A stretch of 64,000 nucleotides of DNA from positions 155,062,001 through 155,126,000 of the forward strand of contig OX597814.1 in the NCBI GenBank assembly GCA_951406725.2, given 5' to 3'. The position numbers were made by a program, and so were the translations under genes. Shown here piece after piece: positions 37,216 to 51,429 of the stretch. Under the pieces are notes generated by a model. The model was not told where the DNA came from, made no database searches, and was given only the letters and a program-made list of their open reading frames with translations. Position 1 is the stretch's first letter. Every line of letters begins with the position of its first letter. Origin of the DNA: Octopus vulgaris (lineage: Eukaryota).

Positions 37216-38714
37216 GTGTACGCAACGGTTTTCCATATTTGTACCTATGAAATTCTCTAACAAGATATTGGTCGGCTCGGAAGTGCAGCAGAAGATATTT
37301 AATCAAGGTATCACGAGTTGGAACCTAACCCATGTTGTTGCAAAGAAGCTTCTAAACAACATATCTATGCCAGGGCCTATATAGGAAGCCATCGATGGAA
37401 AATTACGCTTTTATAATATTTTGTCATCAAGACAGTAGACGGAATAGCTTTTGAAGTAGAACTCTTTAAAACATGTCATAATAATGTAACTCAGCCATCT
37501 GATGGCCAATCGATAGAATTATTAGAGCGTCGAACAGAATGCGTTGCTGTATACGATCTTTGTACGAATCCAAACGAAGTCAACTTTACTACTGATCCTT
37601 ACGATATCAATAAAAGAAAGTAAATCAAATACTAAGGCCAATATATTCGACTGTAAATCTTTCCTAAATTTCTAACCACGTGCCTATTTTAAAAACGCTG
37701 ATAATATAATCCGATTTCGATTTTCGACTGTAGGCACTATATTTCATTTAGTTGGATAAAGTTCATTAGAAAAGACATAAATCACAGTATAGACATTAAT
37801 TCACCTAAAAGTTTAGATTCTGTTTCTGCCTTCAGAATGCAACGTAAAACCGTTTATACTTTTGTTAGGGGACTATAAAACTCGTTAGAAGAAACACGCC
37901 CAAAGTTGGCTTCATTTCTTGCCAAAACGATTAGAATGATGTTAGTCATTGAACTAATGTCTTTTCGTAATCGAAATATGTATTTTTAATGCTTATTACA
38001 TTAATTATATTGACACTAACTGAACTATTAACCTTGTTGATATATGCTTCTTCTAAAAGGACGTGTGCTGGTAGAGTCGTTAGCATAGGGGCTGAATACT
38101 TAACGGAGTTTCTTCCGTTTTTACGCTATGAGTTTGAATTCTGTCGTGGTAAACTTTGCTTTTTATCTTTTCGGGATGGATGAAATACGTACCTGTTGAG
38201 CATTACGATCAATGTAATCAACTTAACCACAAATTACTGACTTTGTTCCAAAATTTGAAACTAATGTATGCTACCAAACGATTTCTATTAGTCAATTTAA
38301 CTTGCTTTCTTGCCAGGAATTTCTAAGAGAGCTCGCGAAGTTCATGGAAGCATCCTGCCTCAAGAACAATGTAATATAACAGGTAGGTTCTGAACAATGA
38401 AACCTATAATCAAAGGTTTTCTATCCTTGGCATTCTCATTATACTTGGCTGCATTAACCAATACGCTTTTCCTTTTATTCCTTAAAAGACGATGAGGTTT
38501 TATTTGACAGTTTGTTCATGCAGAGTGAGTGACCACGTAAAAGTCTATTCATGCAGGACGGGTGACCACCTAAAGGTTCGTCACATCTTTGACTGGATAA
38601 TAAATGAAAGGATGGTTTTAGAGATAAAATAAATATCGTCGCCTGACTGTTAGCAGGTCATTTCAGTATCCTTAGTAAGCCGTTGAACCGTAGCCCTTAA
38701 TAATGCTTTCAAAT

Positions 38715-38890
38715 GGTATCAAATTTTGGCCCAAAGCCAGGAATTTCGGGAGAGTGGGTATATCGATTACATCGACCCCAGTGTTCAGCTGGTGCTTATT
38801 TTATCGACTCAGAAAGGATGAAAGGCTAACTCAACCAAGGAGGAATTTGAACTCAGAACGAGCTAACAATCTCTGCCAGCTCGTAGCATT
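38715..38890 (-). mobile_element. SINE family B, diverged
   Basis: tcgattacatcgaccccagtg..aaaggatgaaaggc..gaatttgaactcagaacg. Confidence 0.8.
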
Positions 38891-39531
38891 CGTAACCATT
38901 AATAATAGACTGACATTATACCAATTCTACAGATTTTACCTATAATTATCAGGTTAAATACTATTATATTGTTTAGAAGAGATTTAAAGACTACAGTGTG
39001 GTGCATAATTTCTTCGAATGAATATTAGCATCTGAAATGAAATAAAGTAGTTACTATCGAGAATAGAAACTGTGTTATATTAATTTCTTTCCATAAGGAT
39101 CCATTCAACCCCATTATTTCAGGTTATGGACTACGTCTTCAGATCAATCATATTACCGCATAGTTCGAAATTTAAGGCTATGGGCTGATATTTGAACATA
39201 AGAAGTATCATTTTACAAAGAGAATGACGCAGAGTCTGATGCATGAAAAACTAAACTTGCGGAAATGACCTAAACATTTGTTACGTAAATTTAGAATTAT
39301 TAATTATGAAATTTAGTCTATGAGAGGAAAGATTTTGTTCCCACCAGACTATATAGCACTTCATCTATAAGTGTATAACATACATACACATACATACGCA
39401 TACACAGCCTCACACTTATGTACATGCACACATAGACACACGCATCGACAATAACATACTGTGGTGTGTGTGTGTGTGTATGTGTACACAGTAATAAATA
39501 AGCTATTAAATACATATACATGTATGTATGC

Positions 39532-39591
<60 letters not shown>

Positions 39592-40529
39592 GCACGCACA
39601 TACTTACATACATATATAGTTTCAGATATTCTCACATGTACAACACCCAAATCCAAACATTTTGTATTTATGCCAAGAAAACTTCAAAATTGAATTTGTA
39701 AATCCGTTTCAATATATGTGACCTTTGGATCATTTCAAGTGTGACCTTTTCCATTGTCTACGCTGCAACGCTAATTGAAGTTAGCGTGTGGCAAACTCAG
39801 ACAAGTATTATTTTTCTTAAAGTGTAAGTTTGACACATGAAATTACTGTTTTAATTGTTTTATATATGAAGTAACCAGAAGCAAAGCTTCGCCTTGTATA
39901 CCCGTTCTTGTAATATAATTAAAAGTACAAAATAAAAGATTTTTTTTGTTTACTCATTAATATATTTTAAGCATTGTTTTTGTAACCTTCAGATGATGGG
40001 GGAGTGACAGAAATGCTAATGTTCTAAATGATTTAGAATAATTAGCCTTGTCTTTCGGCGACGTAAGATCAAATCCTGCTGGCGTTGTATCGAATTTGGG
40101 ATTCAACTACTAGTAAAAAAAACAGTCAAGTACTGTCTGGAATTCGGGGACTCATAGATTGCCTATACGGTTTCTGTGGCATATAAATGACTGAGATCAC
40201 AACGGTGACCTAGAGCTGCACACCAGCCCGTCACATACTTACTCCGTCACAGCTGAGTGGACTGGAGCAACGTGAAATGACGTGCTAGGATCAAGAACAC
40301 AACGCACCACTTTAATCATGTGTTAAATGGACTAACCGCTAGGTCACAGTGCGTGATAAAAAAAATTACCAATTACTGTTGTTTTGCAGTCAATTAAATC
40401 GACTAAATTTCTGCGACATTTCTGCAGTCGATTAAAGACTAAATTTCACTCCAAATAATTAATGATAGTGTGTGTGTGTGTATACGTGTGTGTGCGTGTA
40501 CACACACATACACACAGACGCACATATAT

Positions 40530-40872
40530 GAAGGCGCATGGCTTAGTGGTAAGAGCGTCGGGCTTACAATCATGAGGTAGTGAGTTCGATTTCTGGACCG
40601 AGCTGTGTGTTGTGTTCTTGAGCAAGAAACTTCATTTCACGTTGCTCCAGTTCACTCAGCTGTAGAAATAAGTTGCGGCGTCACTGGTGCCAAACTGTAT
40701 CAGCATTTGCCTTTCCCTTCGATAACGTTAATGGTGTGGAGATAGGAGGCTGGTATGCATGGGCACTTGCTGGGTTTCCCTAAAACAACCTTATCCGGAC
40801 TTGTGCTTCGGAAGGGAACTTTCTACGGGCAATCCCATGGTCATTCACGATTGAAGGAGGTCTTTACCCTTT
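40530..40872 (+). mobile_element. SINE family C
   Basis: Homologous to 30669-31000. Confidence 0.9.
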
Positions 40873-42138
40873 ATATATAACCATTCTGGAAGAAACATGG
40901 GCTGCCTTTGACAACTTATTTGATGAGCGGGACAAGTTGATAGTCACAACGGTGGTCACAACAATTAGAATTCTCAACAGATTTTGAAAGCATGAAACAT
41001 TTGAAAAAGAAGACAACCAAAAAACTAATAGTGTGAAACTAACAGACGTAAACCGAGACAGTCAAATGTTGACAAACAGTTTAAGTGCAAGCTTTTATGA
41101 CATTGACAACAGGCAATTCCTTGTTTACTAATGTAAGCCATCCAGAGGGATACTTTAGATATTGGACAGATAATTAAAAATAATTGAGAGAAAAGGGAAG
41201 TTGGTGCTTTCCGATCGGAGGAATTCATCCAAGGAAGGGTAAGAAAGAAAATAATACATCGTTTTTTTTTTAACGAAAAGTGAAAGAAGCTTTCGTCGGA
41301 GTAAGATGTAGAGAAAATATTGCCTAAAGTATGAAAAGTTGCTTTGCTTTTTTGATCAAGAAGGCAAAAAGAAAGTATGGATTTTGTATTAGAAATCTGG
41401 GACGAGGTAACTGGCTAAACATAAATCGGCCCCAGGAAAACAAAATGGAGAAAGGTGTTACGAGTAATTTTTTGATCGAGGGAAGGGGTTCTTTCCTCTT
41501 CCCCTAAAGAACAGCTGGCTAATGTGTGAAATGTTCTTTTCAATCGACCGGGGTAAGGTATATTGAAACGAGTGGTCAATCTTTAAAACTGAAGATTATG
41601 CAACTTTGAATGTTTATCAAACTCATACCAATTGGAATAATTGTAGGAATTACCCTTGAAGAAAATGCATTTATCCTCTGCCCCAATAAAGATTGTATTA
41701 TGGATGCGATTGAAAGGACTGAATTCAGACATGTTTTTTTAGAGCAGCCCATATCCGCTTTTTCATGTTCTACTAAGAAAGGGAGATGGAGAGTGATTTA
41801 CAGTTCTTCAGAAAATTTGATGAAAGGTCGGTGAGAATGACGAGCGCAATTGTAAGTGAATGAACCAAAACTCATTACGTACCTTTAGGCTGGGAAGTGA
41901 CAGTTGGGTTAGGACATTTGCTTTGGTGGTCTGGATAATCTTGGACTTGTGAGGTTCCTTTATTTCTTCAATAAGATAGCATTCTATTAGAACACTTTTC
42001 TTGTTCATATTTTATTTATTGTTAATTGTTATTGCTACCATATTCTTGCGTAAATTCTCACAGTTTTATATTTCCTTATGCTCAACCTTACGCTTAAGCC
42101 TCTTGTGACCAATTAAAACGTTGTTGTTGTTATTATTA

Positions 42139-42216
<78 letters not shown>

Positions 42217-42217
<1 letters not shown>

Positions 42218-42432
42218 TATGTTTGACTTTTGCTTTATGTCTGTACAAGTTGGCTCCAAGTCTCACCCAGAGACCTCAAGAGACAACAGGTTGGAAGTCA
42301 CGTTGTTGTTATGCCTAGTGTGCCATATATTTTTTTTTCGGTGTTGTACTAGTGAATGTCTAATATATAAATTTTAAAAAAAAGGTTGTTTTAAACCTTG
42401 GGATTACATAGAGAGTATTTTGCGTAGGATAT
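42217..42432 (-). mobile_element. Short 3' end of the same R4/Dong-like LINE as 4519-5517, again embedded in (ATT)n
   Basis: ctatgtttgacttttgc...ggattacatagagagtattttgcgtaggata is nearly identical to 4519-4727, with (ATT)n on both sides. Confidence 0.9.
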
Positions 42433-42455
42433 TATTATTACTATTATTATTATTG

Positions 42456-42533
<78 letters not shown>

Positions 42534-43551
42534 ATGACGTTATTGTTATTATCATTATTGTTGTTGCTACGGTTTCTGCTGTGATTTTGATTTGAGAAAT
42601 ACATCAAGAGTTACTTTCCCTGCAACAACACTTAGGCATATCTTAAAGGTTCAGGATTGAATTACTCTAACGGCTACACAAAACGTTCATGTTTAACAAA
42701 TATAGTTGAGATTTCCCTAACAGTGTTTACAGCGTTCGAATTACTATTTTCAAGAATGTGCCTTTAGAGGTAACTTGTCAAAGTCATTACAGAAATTCTT
42801 CGGTATTTGTGCAGTTATGCCTATAACAAATGCTGTGGTAGACGCATTCATTAGCTACTAAGTTTCCTAATTTTTCGATTGTATTGCACACAATATTATA
42901 TTCATTTTGAATAGCTATGACGATATTTTAGCGTACTGCTGTCATTTGAAAAAAGTCCTGTCTGATATGGAATACTATGGTTCACATTGATCGAGAAAGT
43001 GCATATTGGACTATATCAGTCTGAGCTTCCAAATCTAAGACGAAGTGAGATATCAGGTGGAATTGGTACAGCACAGACCTGATCTCGCTTCATGCTGAAA
43101 TGTTTAGGGCTGCAGAACACATTGGTAGCAGCGACAGCAATTAATGTAACTATTTGCAAATCAAAATATATTCGGTCAATAATTTTCACACAAGAACTGC
43201 ATTATTCCTCTATGGTACTATTCTCTTAAAATTTCCCATGTTATATGGGCCAAGAAATTCGTGCTTTGGCACATATAAAATTGGTCTCAAATCACAGAGA
43301 GTACATTTATAAAGCTCGACTGAAATGATAAATACAATTAACGCTGGGTTGTTCTAAAAGAAAAATTAGAAAAATTATAAGGTCACGTGAATAAGGCATA
43401 TTTTTCACATAGTTGCCTATCAAGAAATTCAGAATATGAATAAATAAATAAGCTACAGTAAAATAAAATAAATAAGTAAAAGGAAAGAAAAAAGAATATA
43501 CATGCAGAAATACACACATATTTCAAAACTTTTATATGTATATGTATATTG

Positions 43552-43596
<45 letters not shown>

Positions 43597-44043
43597 TATT
43601 CGTATGAGTGTGTCTATGTATAAATATGTACGTAAATGAGTTTGTGAGCGTGCGAGCAAGTGTGAATGAGCGTGCGTGCGTGTATGCGTATGTGCGTGTG
43701 TGTGTGTGTGTATGCGTGTGTGTGTGTAGCGTTTCCTGCATGAATGCAAGACTTGCGATGCATACCAAACATATTTATTATAAATGAATACAAATAACAA
43801 ATCCCATATTTATAGAAATATTTCATTTTTATGAGAGACGTCAGGAAAGAGGCTACATGTGTTCTATATGTACTCCACTTGAATTGTAGGGCTTCATATT
43901 CAAAATTGTATGGCTCTGGTTCATATACAGTCAATCGCCACTTACACCCCCACCACACATAAATGTATATATTTATATATACATATTCATACAGACGCAT
44001 AAAAATACACATAATAAATATATATAGACATGCATAAAACATA

Positions 44044-44849
44044 TGCGTGGGGTGCTGAAAGTTTCCTGGTTTTGGATAAAAGAAAACACAGGAGGATCAA
44101 GTCATGATTTTAACCAACATATTCCTGTCCCAGATTCATACGCTTTTTTGAAGGCGGCGAGCTGGCAGAAACGTTAGCACTCGGAGCGAAATGCTTAGCG
44201 GTATTTGATCTGCCGCTACGTTCTGAGTTCAAATTCCGCCGAGGTCGACTTTGCCTTTCATCCTTTCGGGGTCGATTAAGTAGGTACCAGTTACGCACTG
44301 GGGTCGATATAATCGACTTAATCCGTTTGTCTGTCCTTGTTTGTCCCCTCTGTGTGTAGCACCTTGTGGGCAATAAAGAAATAGGTATTTCGTCTGCCGT
44401 TACGTTCTGAGTTCAAATTCCGCCGAGGTCTACTTTGCCTTTCATCCTTTCGGGGTCGATAAATTAAGTACCAGTACGCACTGGGGTTGATATAATCGAC
44501 TTAATCCGTTTGTCTGTCCTCTCTGTGTTTAGCCCCTTGTGGGTAGTAAAGAAATAGGTATTTCCTCTGTATTTACGTTCTGTGTTCAAATTCCGCCGAG
44601 TTTGACTTTGCCCTTCACCCTTTCGGGGTCGATAAATTAAGTACCAGTTGCGTACGGAAGCCGATCTAATCGACTGGTTCCCTCCCCAAAAATTTCGAGC
44701 CTTGTTTCTCTGGGTAGGAAAGATTCACACACTTAATGCAGCGGTCTTTCAGATTTTCTAAGCCCTGTATAAAAACTCGGAAGGCTGAGCCTCTAACCAG
44801 GCCTTTCGTGTCACTCTTAAAGCCAGGAACCTTTCAGCACCCCCTCATA
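44044..44849. mobile_element. Mariner-derived MITE interrupted by a SINE B multimer
   Basis: TIRs tgcgtggggtgctgaaagtttcctggttt / aaagccaggaacctttcagcaccccctcata. Confidence 0.8.
44150..44720 (+). mobile_element. SINE family B trimer (one head, three central modules)
   Basis: gttcaaattccgccgag..ctttcggggtcgat three times. Flanks agattcatacgctt / agattcacacactt. Confidence 0.9.
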
Positions 44850-44915
44850 TATATGTGTATATATTTTTGTATCTGTGTGTGTGTGTGTATATATACACAC
44901 ATACATTCTTTTCAT

Positions 44916-45193
44916 GAACAGTGAATCTCGAAGTAACTATGGCTATAAACAATGGCGTGTATATATTGCGTTAAAAACCCTTTGGATAAAAAACGTCGAA
45001 GGCTGCTGAGATACGAATCACATCTGTAAACATAACAGACTTTCTACCATTAGACAAAAGCGATTCTATGATGTTTACAGAAAATGTGGGTTCGTGTCCT
45101 ACGAGCCCTTCGTCGTTTTCTAACCAAAGGGTTTTAATCCCAATATTTACACGCTATTATTTGTAGTTTTCTTTGCTTCGAGATTCACTGTTC
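44916..45193. mobile_element. Fold-back MITE-like imperfect palindrome (~120-bp arms)
   Basis: gaacagtgaatctcgaag ... cttcgagattcactgttc. Internal arm matches aaaaccctttgg/ccaaagggtttt and tctgtaaacat/atgtttacaga. Confidence 0.85.
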
Positions 45194-45237
45194 CGATAAA
45201 TAATTATTCCACGTTCTCAAAGTTTCTTGTAACATCA

Positions 45238-45280
<43 letters not shown>

Positions 45281-45281
<1 letters not shown>

Positions 45282-45607
45282 TGGTACTCCATCGGTTACG
45301 ACGACGAGTGTTCCAGTTGATCCGATCAACGGAACAGCCTGCTCCTGAAATTAACGTGCATGTGGCTGAGCGCTCCACAGACACGCGGAGCTTTAACGTG
45401 ATTGTCAGAGAGATTCAGCGTGACACAGAGTGTAATAAAGCTGGCCATTTTGAAATACAGGTGCAATTCATTTTTGCCAGCTGAGTGGACTGGAGCAACG
45501 TGAAATAAAGTGTCTTGCTCAGGGACTATACAACGCGCGGCCAGGAGTCGAACTCAGGAGCTTACGATCGTTAGCCGATTATTCTAACCACCAAGCCACG
45601 CGCCTTC
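45281..45607 (-). mobile_element. SINE family D, full length
   Basis: Minus-strand head gaaggcgcgtggcttggtggttag, B box GAGTTCGACTCC. Confidence 0.9.
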
Positions 45608-45991
45608 AAAACACATATACACACACATATATACATACACACACATATATTTATCTGTATATGTCTGTAGAACGTCTTGTCATTTAGTCTAGCACTTGGT
45701 TTCTCGTAGTTCATCGCTTTAAGTTACTTATTTAACATATGTAATTTTCCATGATATTACATTTATAGTATCTTCTGTCGAGACGATGACGACGATGATG
45801 ATGAAATATTTACTACCAGAATTCTATCTTCCTGTTACGTGCCCTTACTAAATACGACCAACCCTTTGTCACTTTTACTCATGCCATGTAATTCCATTGT
45901 CTTCATTTATTATGCGGAAATGATAAAATTTCTACCCAGGGAATTGGTCGTTCATGTTACATGAAATGATGCTAAGAATTACATATGTATG

Positions 45992-46042
<51 letters not shown>

Positions 46043-46140
46043 TGGTAAAAATATGTGATCATCTGTCTTCCACTTTTAGGTATATGCGTGCACACCAGCA
46101 GACACGTAGACACACACACAAACACACGCACACACACACA

Positions 46141-46187
<47 letters not shown>

Positions 46188-46276
46188 AGACAAACACACA
46201 CGTATTGAAAGATCTTTTTTAAACATGTTAAAAAGTATCCAACTTGCAACGTCACACACACACACACACACACACA

Positions 46277-46312
<36 letters not shown>

Positions 46313-46344
46313 ATCTATCTAGAGAGAGAAGACAGAGCGCCAGG

Positions 46345-46384
46345 CAGACAGACAGACGATAGATACATAGATACGTAGACAGAC

Positions 46385-46461
<77 letters not shown>

Positions 46462-46620
46462 CATGCATACATACATACATAGACAGACAGACAGAAAGAT
46501 AGATAGATAAATAGATAGATAGATAGATACATACATAGACAGGCAGCCAGCCAGACAGACAGACGGATAGATAGATAGATAGATAGATAGAGATAGATAA
46601 ATAGGTAGATAGATAGATAA

Positions 46621-46682
<62 letters not shown>

Positions 46683-46685
46683 GGA
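46345..46685. repeat. (GATA)n/(GACA)n compound microsatellite
   Basis: Seen directly. Confidence 0.97.
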
Positions 46686-46747
46686 TTACACATTTGTACG
46701 TGTTTGTGGGACTACCAAACGTTAATATTTCAACTGTACCTCCCATC

Positions 46748-46788
<41 letters not shown>

Positions 46789-47325
46789 CTCCCTGAAATG
46801 CAATTTCGTAGCAGCATGAAAAAAAAATTATACAAGTAAAAATAAATTTAAAAATCCTGTATTTCAGCAAAGTTATATTTGGTTACTGAATCGGATAAAG
46901 ATATATGTATTGTATATTCCTGAGAAAATATCGAGTTGAAATACTTTCAAGATATTATCTAAGACACTGAATTTTTTATTTTAGCTTGTTTTATTCTTTT
47001 ATAAATTTATTGAATTGTTTTTTTATTCTGCTTCATGCATTTATTAAAGTAATGGTAATCTTAGAGAAAATAGTTGTAATAGCTCACTTTGTGAAATATC
47101 TCTAACGATGTATCAGTGTATCAAGAAATAATTTTAGCATCAAATGTGGAATGTATACGATTTGGATAGCGAAACGTTAAATATATCGGCGTAAATAAAA
47201 ACCGATATTCGTATATGTATGTGTATATGCTTGTATATGTGCACGCGTATAAGCTTCCAAGCACACGGAAATTCACACTGAAACATACATGCGTGCGCAT
47301 AAATACACGCGTATACATTATAAAT

Positions 47326-47421
<96 letters not shown>

Positions 47422-47436
47422 TACATACACATGATC

Positions 47437-47735
47437 ATCATATCATCATCATTTCATGAACGTTTTCCATGCTGGCATGGGTGGCCGGTTTGACAGGAGC
47501 TGGCAAGCCGAAAAGCTGCACAAGGTTCCAGTCGTCTGGTTTGACAGTTTTTACGGCTGAACGCCCTTACTAACACCACTACTTTACAAAGTGCACGAGA
47601 TTTTTTATATGTGGCGCTAACACAGGTGCATTTCACGTGACGCCAGCATGGGTGCTTTTTCTTTAGCGCCAGCGCTGGCGATTTTGACGTGGCACCAGCA
47701 CCCATGAGGTCGCCACGTAGCTTGCAAGACGTCTT
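47437..47735 (-). mobile_element. Probable RTE-type 3' UTR or RTE-tailed SINE ending in (ATG)n
   Basis: catcatcat tail and tttccatgctggcatggg, close to the RTE fragment at 48151. Family assignment is from memory only. Confidence 0.45.
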
Positions 47736-48150
47736 AGCTGAGAGAGCTGGCCGTAAGCCAGGAGTGGGGTTTGAGCATGATATAGGGACAGTGATAGCTG
47801 TCTAACTGCAGAGGATATACTTGACAAGGAAGGAGAGTGAGGTGCGAGAGAGAGGGTCTACCCACAAAGAACAGTCGGGGAGTATAAGTAGCACAATGAA
47901 ATAGAAATGTTCCATAAAATTGTGAGGCGAAATATGTAGAGATGCCAAGTGATGCTATGTGGATCAGGAAGGGCTTGCAGTGGGTGGTAGTAGTTTGGGG
48001 GAGAAGGGTTGTGGGTGCGTTTTGCCAGAGGATAGAATTATGCATGTGTGAGGGGAGGGGAATTATGACCTTAAAGGACATGCCTCTATGTATGTACGTA
48101 TGTATGTATGTATATGGAAGGATGGATGAATGGATGGATGTCCATGATTT

Positions 48151-48860
48151 TACTTAGCTTGATGTATTTTCTCAAGTACAGCAAATCGCCAGATGTCTCG
48201 GTCACTTGTCATATCTGGGTTGCTTGACCTCTGAAAATCATTTCCCACCACTTCGTCCCACGTCTTCCGGAATCTACTCCTTTCACAAGTTCGCTCCACA
48301 GTTAGAGATCGGTAATTCTTTATGATGCAGTCCTAATCCATTCTCATTATGTGACCATACCAGCGCAGTCTTCTCCCTTGCACACCACAACTGATACCGC
48401 TCATACGCAGTTTTTCTCTTATCGTATATGCACACTGATAAAACCCATACAACAGGGGATGCAAGTTTATTTCATTCAAGACTTTACATGTCCTCTGTAG
48501 TCACAGCCCATATTTCACTGCCATGTAGTATAACTGTTCGTCAATAGCCTTCATACAATCTGCCCTTCACTCTTAGAGAGATTCTTTGTTACTAATATAG
48601 GTAGTAGCTATCTGAACATTACCCAGCTCGTTCTTATTCTAACAACTACGCTTTCAGAGCTTCCTCCTCCACTTCTAAGCTGATCGCTTGGGTAACGGAA
48701 ACTATCTACTATTTCTTAGCCCCTACCCGAACATTTGAGAGAGTCTATCTTCTGTAAATACCTAGTATTTATCGTACCTGTATATCTGCTGCATAAATTT
48801 CTTTCTCAGTCAACCTTCATGTGATACTGCTGCACCTCTTATGTGTCCATAGCTTGCACT
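48151..48860 (-). mobile_element. Degenerate RTE-clade LINE, 3' part of ORF2
   Basis: Minus-strand HGSEIWAVT, RRLRWYGHIMRMD, TSDRDIWRFAV. Confidence 0.8.
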
Positions 48861-49575
48861 GGATACACCGTATGGAATTTCTTTCAACACCTTTTCCACG
48901 TATCGAGCAGGAAGGAGACTCCTCTCTTGTTCTTCATCCTTTCTGGTTTTCTCTCCCACCCTTCCCTATTTTTCTCCTCTCCTCTTCACCTTTCCCTCTC
49001 TCTCACTCCTCTTCCTCGACTCTCTCGTCGCTCACACGTGACGAAAGATAATCTGTCTTTCTACCCACAACTTTCGTAAAGAAAATGCGTGCTTATATTG
49101 TCTCCTTCATAAGCTCGTCCTCCTAAAGTTCAAAAAAATATTTTTTCTATCGTCTCTGCTTAACAGCCCTCATCGTATGTTTTTACTGTTTTGTTCTTAC
49201 AGTCCAGTTCTTGTTACCACTTTCACCCTCCGCAAAAAATTCCAAATTATATTTAATTTGCTTTGCGGGAAGGACTGTTTCAACGAAGAAGCGTCTTGTT
49301 CTTGCCTCCGAAACTAGAGTAGATGAAACAGGGACAACTGAAGAAGGGGAATATGCTTTATGTTGTATGTCTCGTTTCTCTGTTTGTTTTTTCGTTGTTC
49401 GAAAAAAAAAGTTTGTTTCTATGCTTTTGTTTTTATGTTTTCGTTTCTCATTGTGTTCAACGTATTTTTTTTTTTGATGTCCTGTACCCATATATACATG
49501 TATGTATACATATACATGTAGGTATGTACATATATGTATGTATATATGCATATATTTATATATTATTTATATTAT
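48860..49575 (+). repeat. Penelope pLTR-like repeat; 3' part shared with 12063-12330
   Basis: Homology to the 12.1-kb copy. Degenerate hammerhead-like motif at ~49274-49331. Confidence 0.55.
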
Positions 49576-49597
49576 ATTATATTATATTACATTATAT

Positions 49598-49641
<44 letters not shown>

Positions 49642-49855
49642 ATATATACATACATGTATATACATATATATATACGACTGGCATTCAGTTTCCGTCTACC
49701 AAATTCACTCACAAGGCTTTGGTCGGCCCGAAGCCATAGCAGAAGACACTTGTCCAATGTGCCACGCAGTAGGACTGAACCTGCAACTATGTGGTTGGGA
49801 AGCGAACTACTTACTACACAGTCACACCTTTTTTCTATAATTAGTTTTATATATA

Positions 49856-50066
49856 TACTCTCTTTTACTCTTTTACTTGTTTCAGTCGTTTGACTGCGGC
49901 CATGCTGGAGCACCGCCTTTAGTCGAGCAAATCGACCCCGGGACTTATTCTTTGTAAGCCCAGTACTTATTCTATCGGTCTATTTTGCCGAACCGCTAAG
50001 TGACGGGGACGTAAACACACCAGCATCGGTTGTCAAGCAATGCTAGGGGGGACAAACACAGACACA

Positions 50067-50160
<94 letters not shown>

Positions 50161-50326
50161 TACGACAGGCTTCTTTCAGTTTCCGTCTACCAAATCCACT
50201 CACAAGGCATTGGTCGGCCCGGGGCTATAGCAGAAGGCACTTGCCCAAGATGCCACGCAGTGGGACTGAACCCGGAACCATGTGGTTGGTAAGCAAGCTA
50301 CTTACCACACAGCCACTCCTGCGCCT
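49856..50326 (-). mobile_element. SINE family A, full length, young (preceded by another head at 49675-49830)
   Basis: Intact A/B boxes and tail. Confidence 0.93.
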
Positions 50327-50555
50327 ACAAAACATTCTCCACAATGCCTAAAAAAAATAAATAGAAGATATATTTATATTTAATTGAAAAGGAAATTATT
50401 TATTCTCATTTCAAAATTAAAATAATTTGTTTAAAATTAGCTGGCGTTAAGTTTCGTTTCAATGTATTTCTGTTTTTCTATGAGCATGCTACTTCTATGA
50501 GCATCCAATATGGCTTTCGAACAAAATGTTTTCGAGCCAAGTGTTTTCAACGGTA

Positions 50556-50607
<52 letters not shown>

Positions 50608-50933
50608 AAAAAAAAGTCAGGATAGAAAATGCTAAAATAATTTTATAAAAAAAAAACATTTCAGTACCGGATTCAGACATTTAGACTTTTTCAACTGTAA
50701 GTATGGAAAGCAATTGAATTTGGAAAAACTAAAGGAAAAGTTTTTTTAAAGAGTATTTGTATAGTTTTCAAATACAAGTGGCATTTTCCTTGTTTCTGCC
50801 TGTCTCTCTTGTTTACTCTAGTGGGTTCGAGGTCGTTGTGAATTCTTGGTATATATATGTATGTATATATATATTATATTGTTATTATATGACCGAACGC
50901 ACGCGTCGTTTCTCTTCTCCAAGTAAGTTTATA

Positions 50934-50976
<43 letters not shown>

Positions 50977-50979
<3 letters not shown>

Positions 50980-51386
50980 TGCAGGAGTGGCTGTGTGGTA
51001 AGTAGCTTGCTAACCAGCCACATGGTTCCGGGTTCAGTCCCACTGCGTGGCATCTCGGGCAAGTGTCTTCTGCTATAGCCCCGGGCCGACCAATGCCTTG
51101 TGAGTGGATTTGGTAGACGGAAACTGAAAGAAGCCTGTCGTATATATGTATATATATATGTATGTGTGTGTATGTGTTTGTGTGTCTGTGTTTGTCCCCA
51201 TAGCATTGCTTGACAACCGATGCTGGTGTGTTTACGTCCCCGTCACTTAGCGGTTCGGCCAATGAGACCGATAGAATAAGTACTGGGCTTACAAAAGAAT
51301 AAGTCCCGGGGTCGAGTTGCTCGATTAAAGGTGGTGCTCCAGCCTGGCCGCAGTCAAATGACTGAAACAAGTAAAAGAGTAAAAGA

Positions 51387-51389
<3 letters not shown>
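50977..51389 (+). mobile_element. SINE family A, full length, young
   Basis: aggtgcaggagtggctgtgtggtaag..GGTTCAGTCCC..gtaaaagagtaaaagagt, inserted in (TA)n. Confidence 0.93.

Positions 51390-51429
<40 letters not shown>

Noticed and set aside
40880-41990. Possible degenerate LINE endonuclease region on the minus strand (PWMNS, VSIY)
   Set aside because: Too decayed to support a call.
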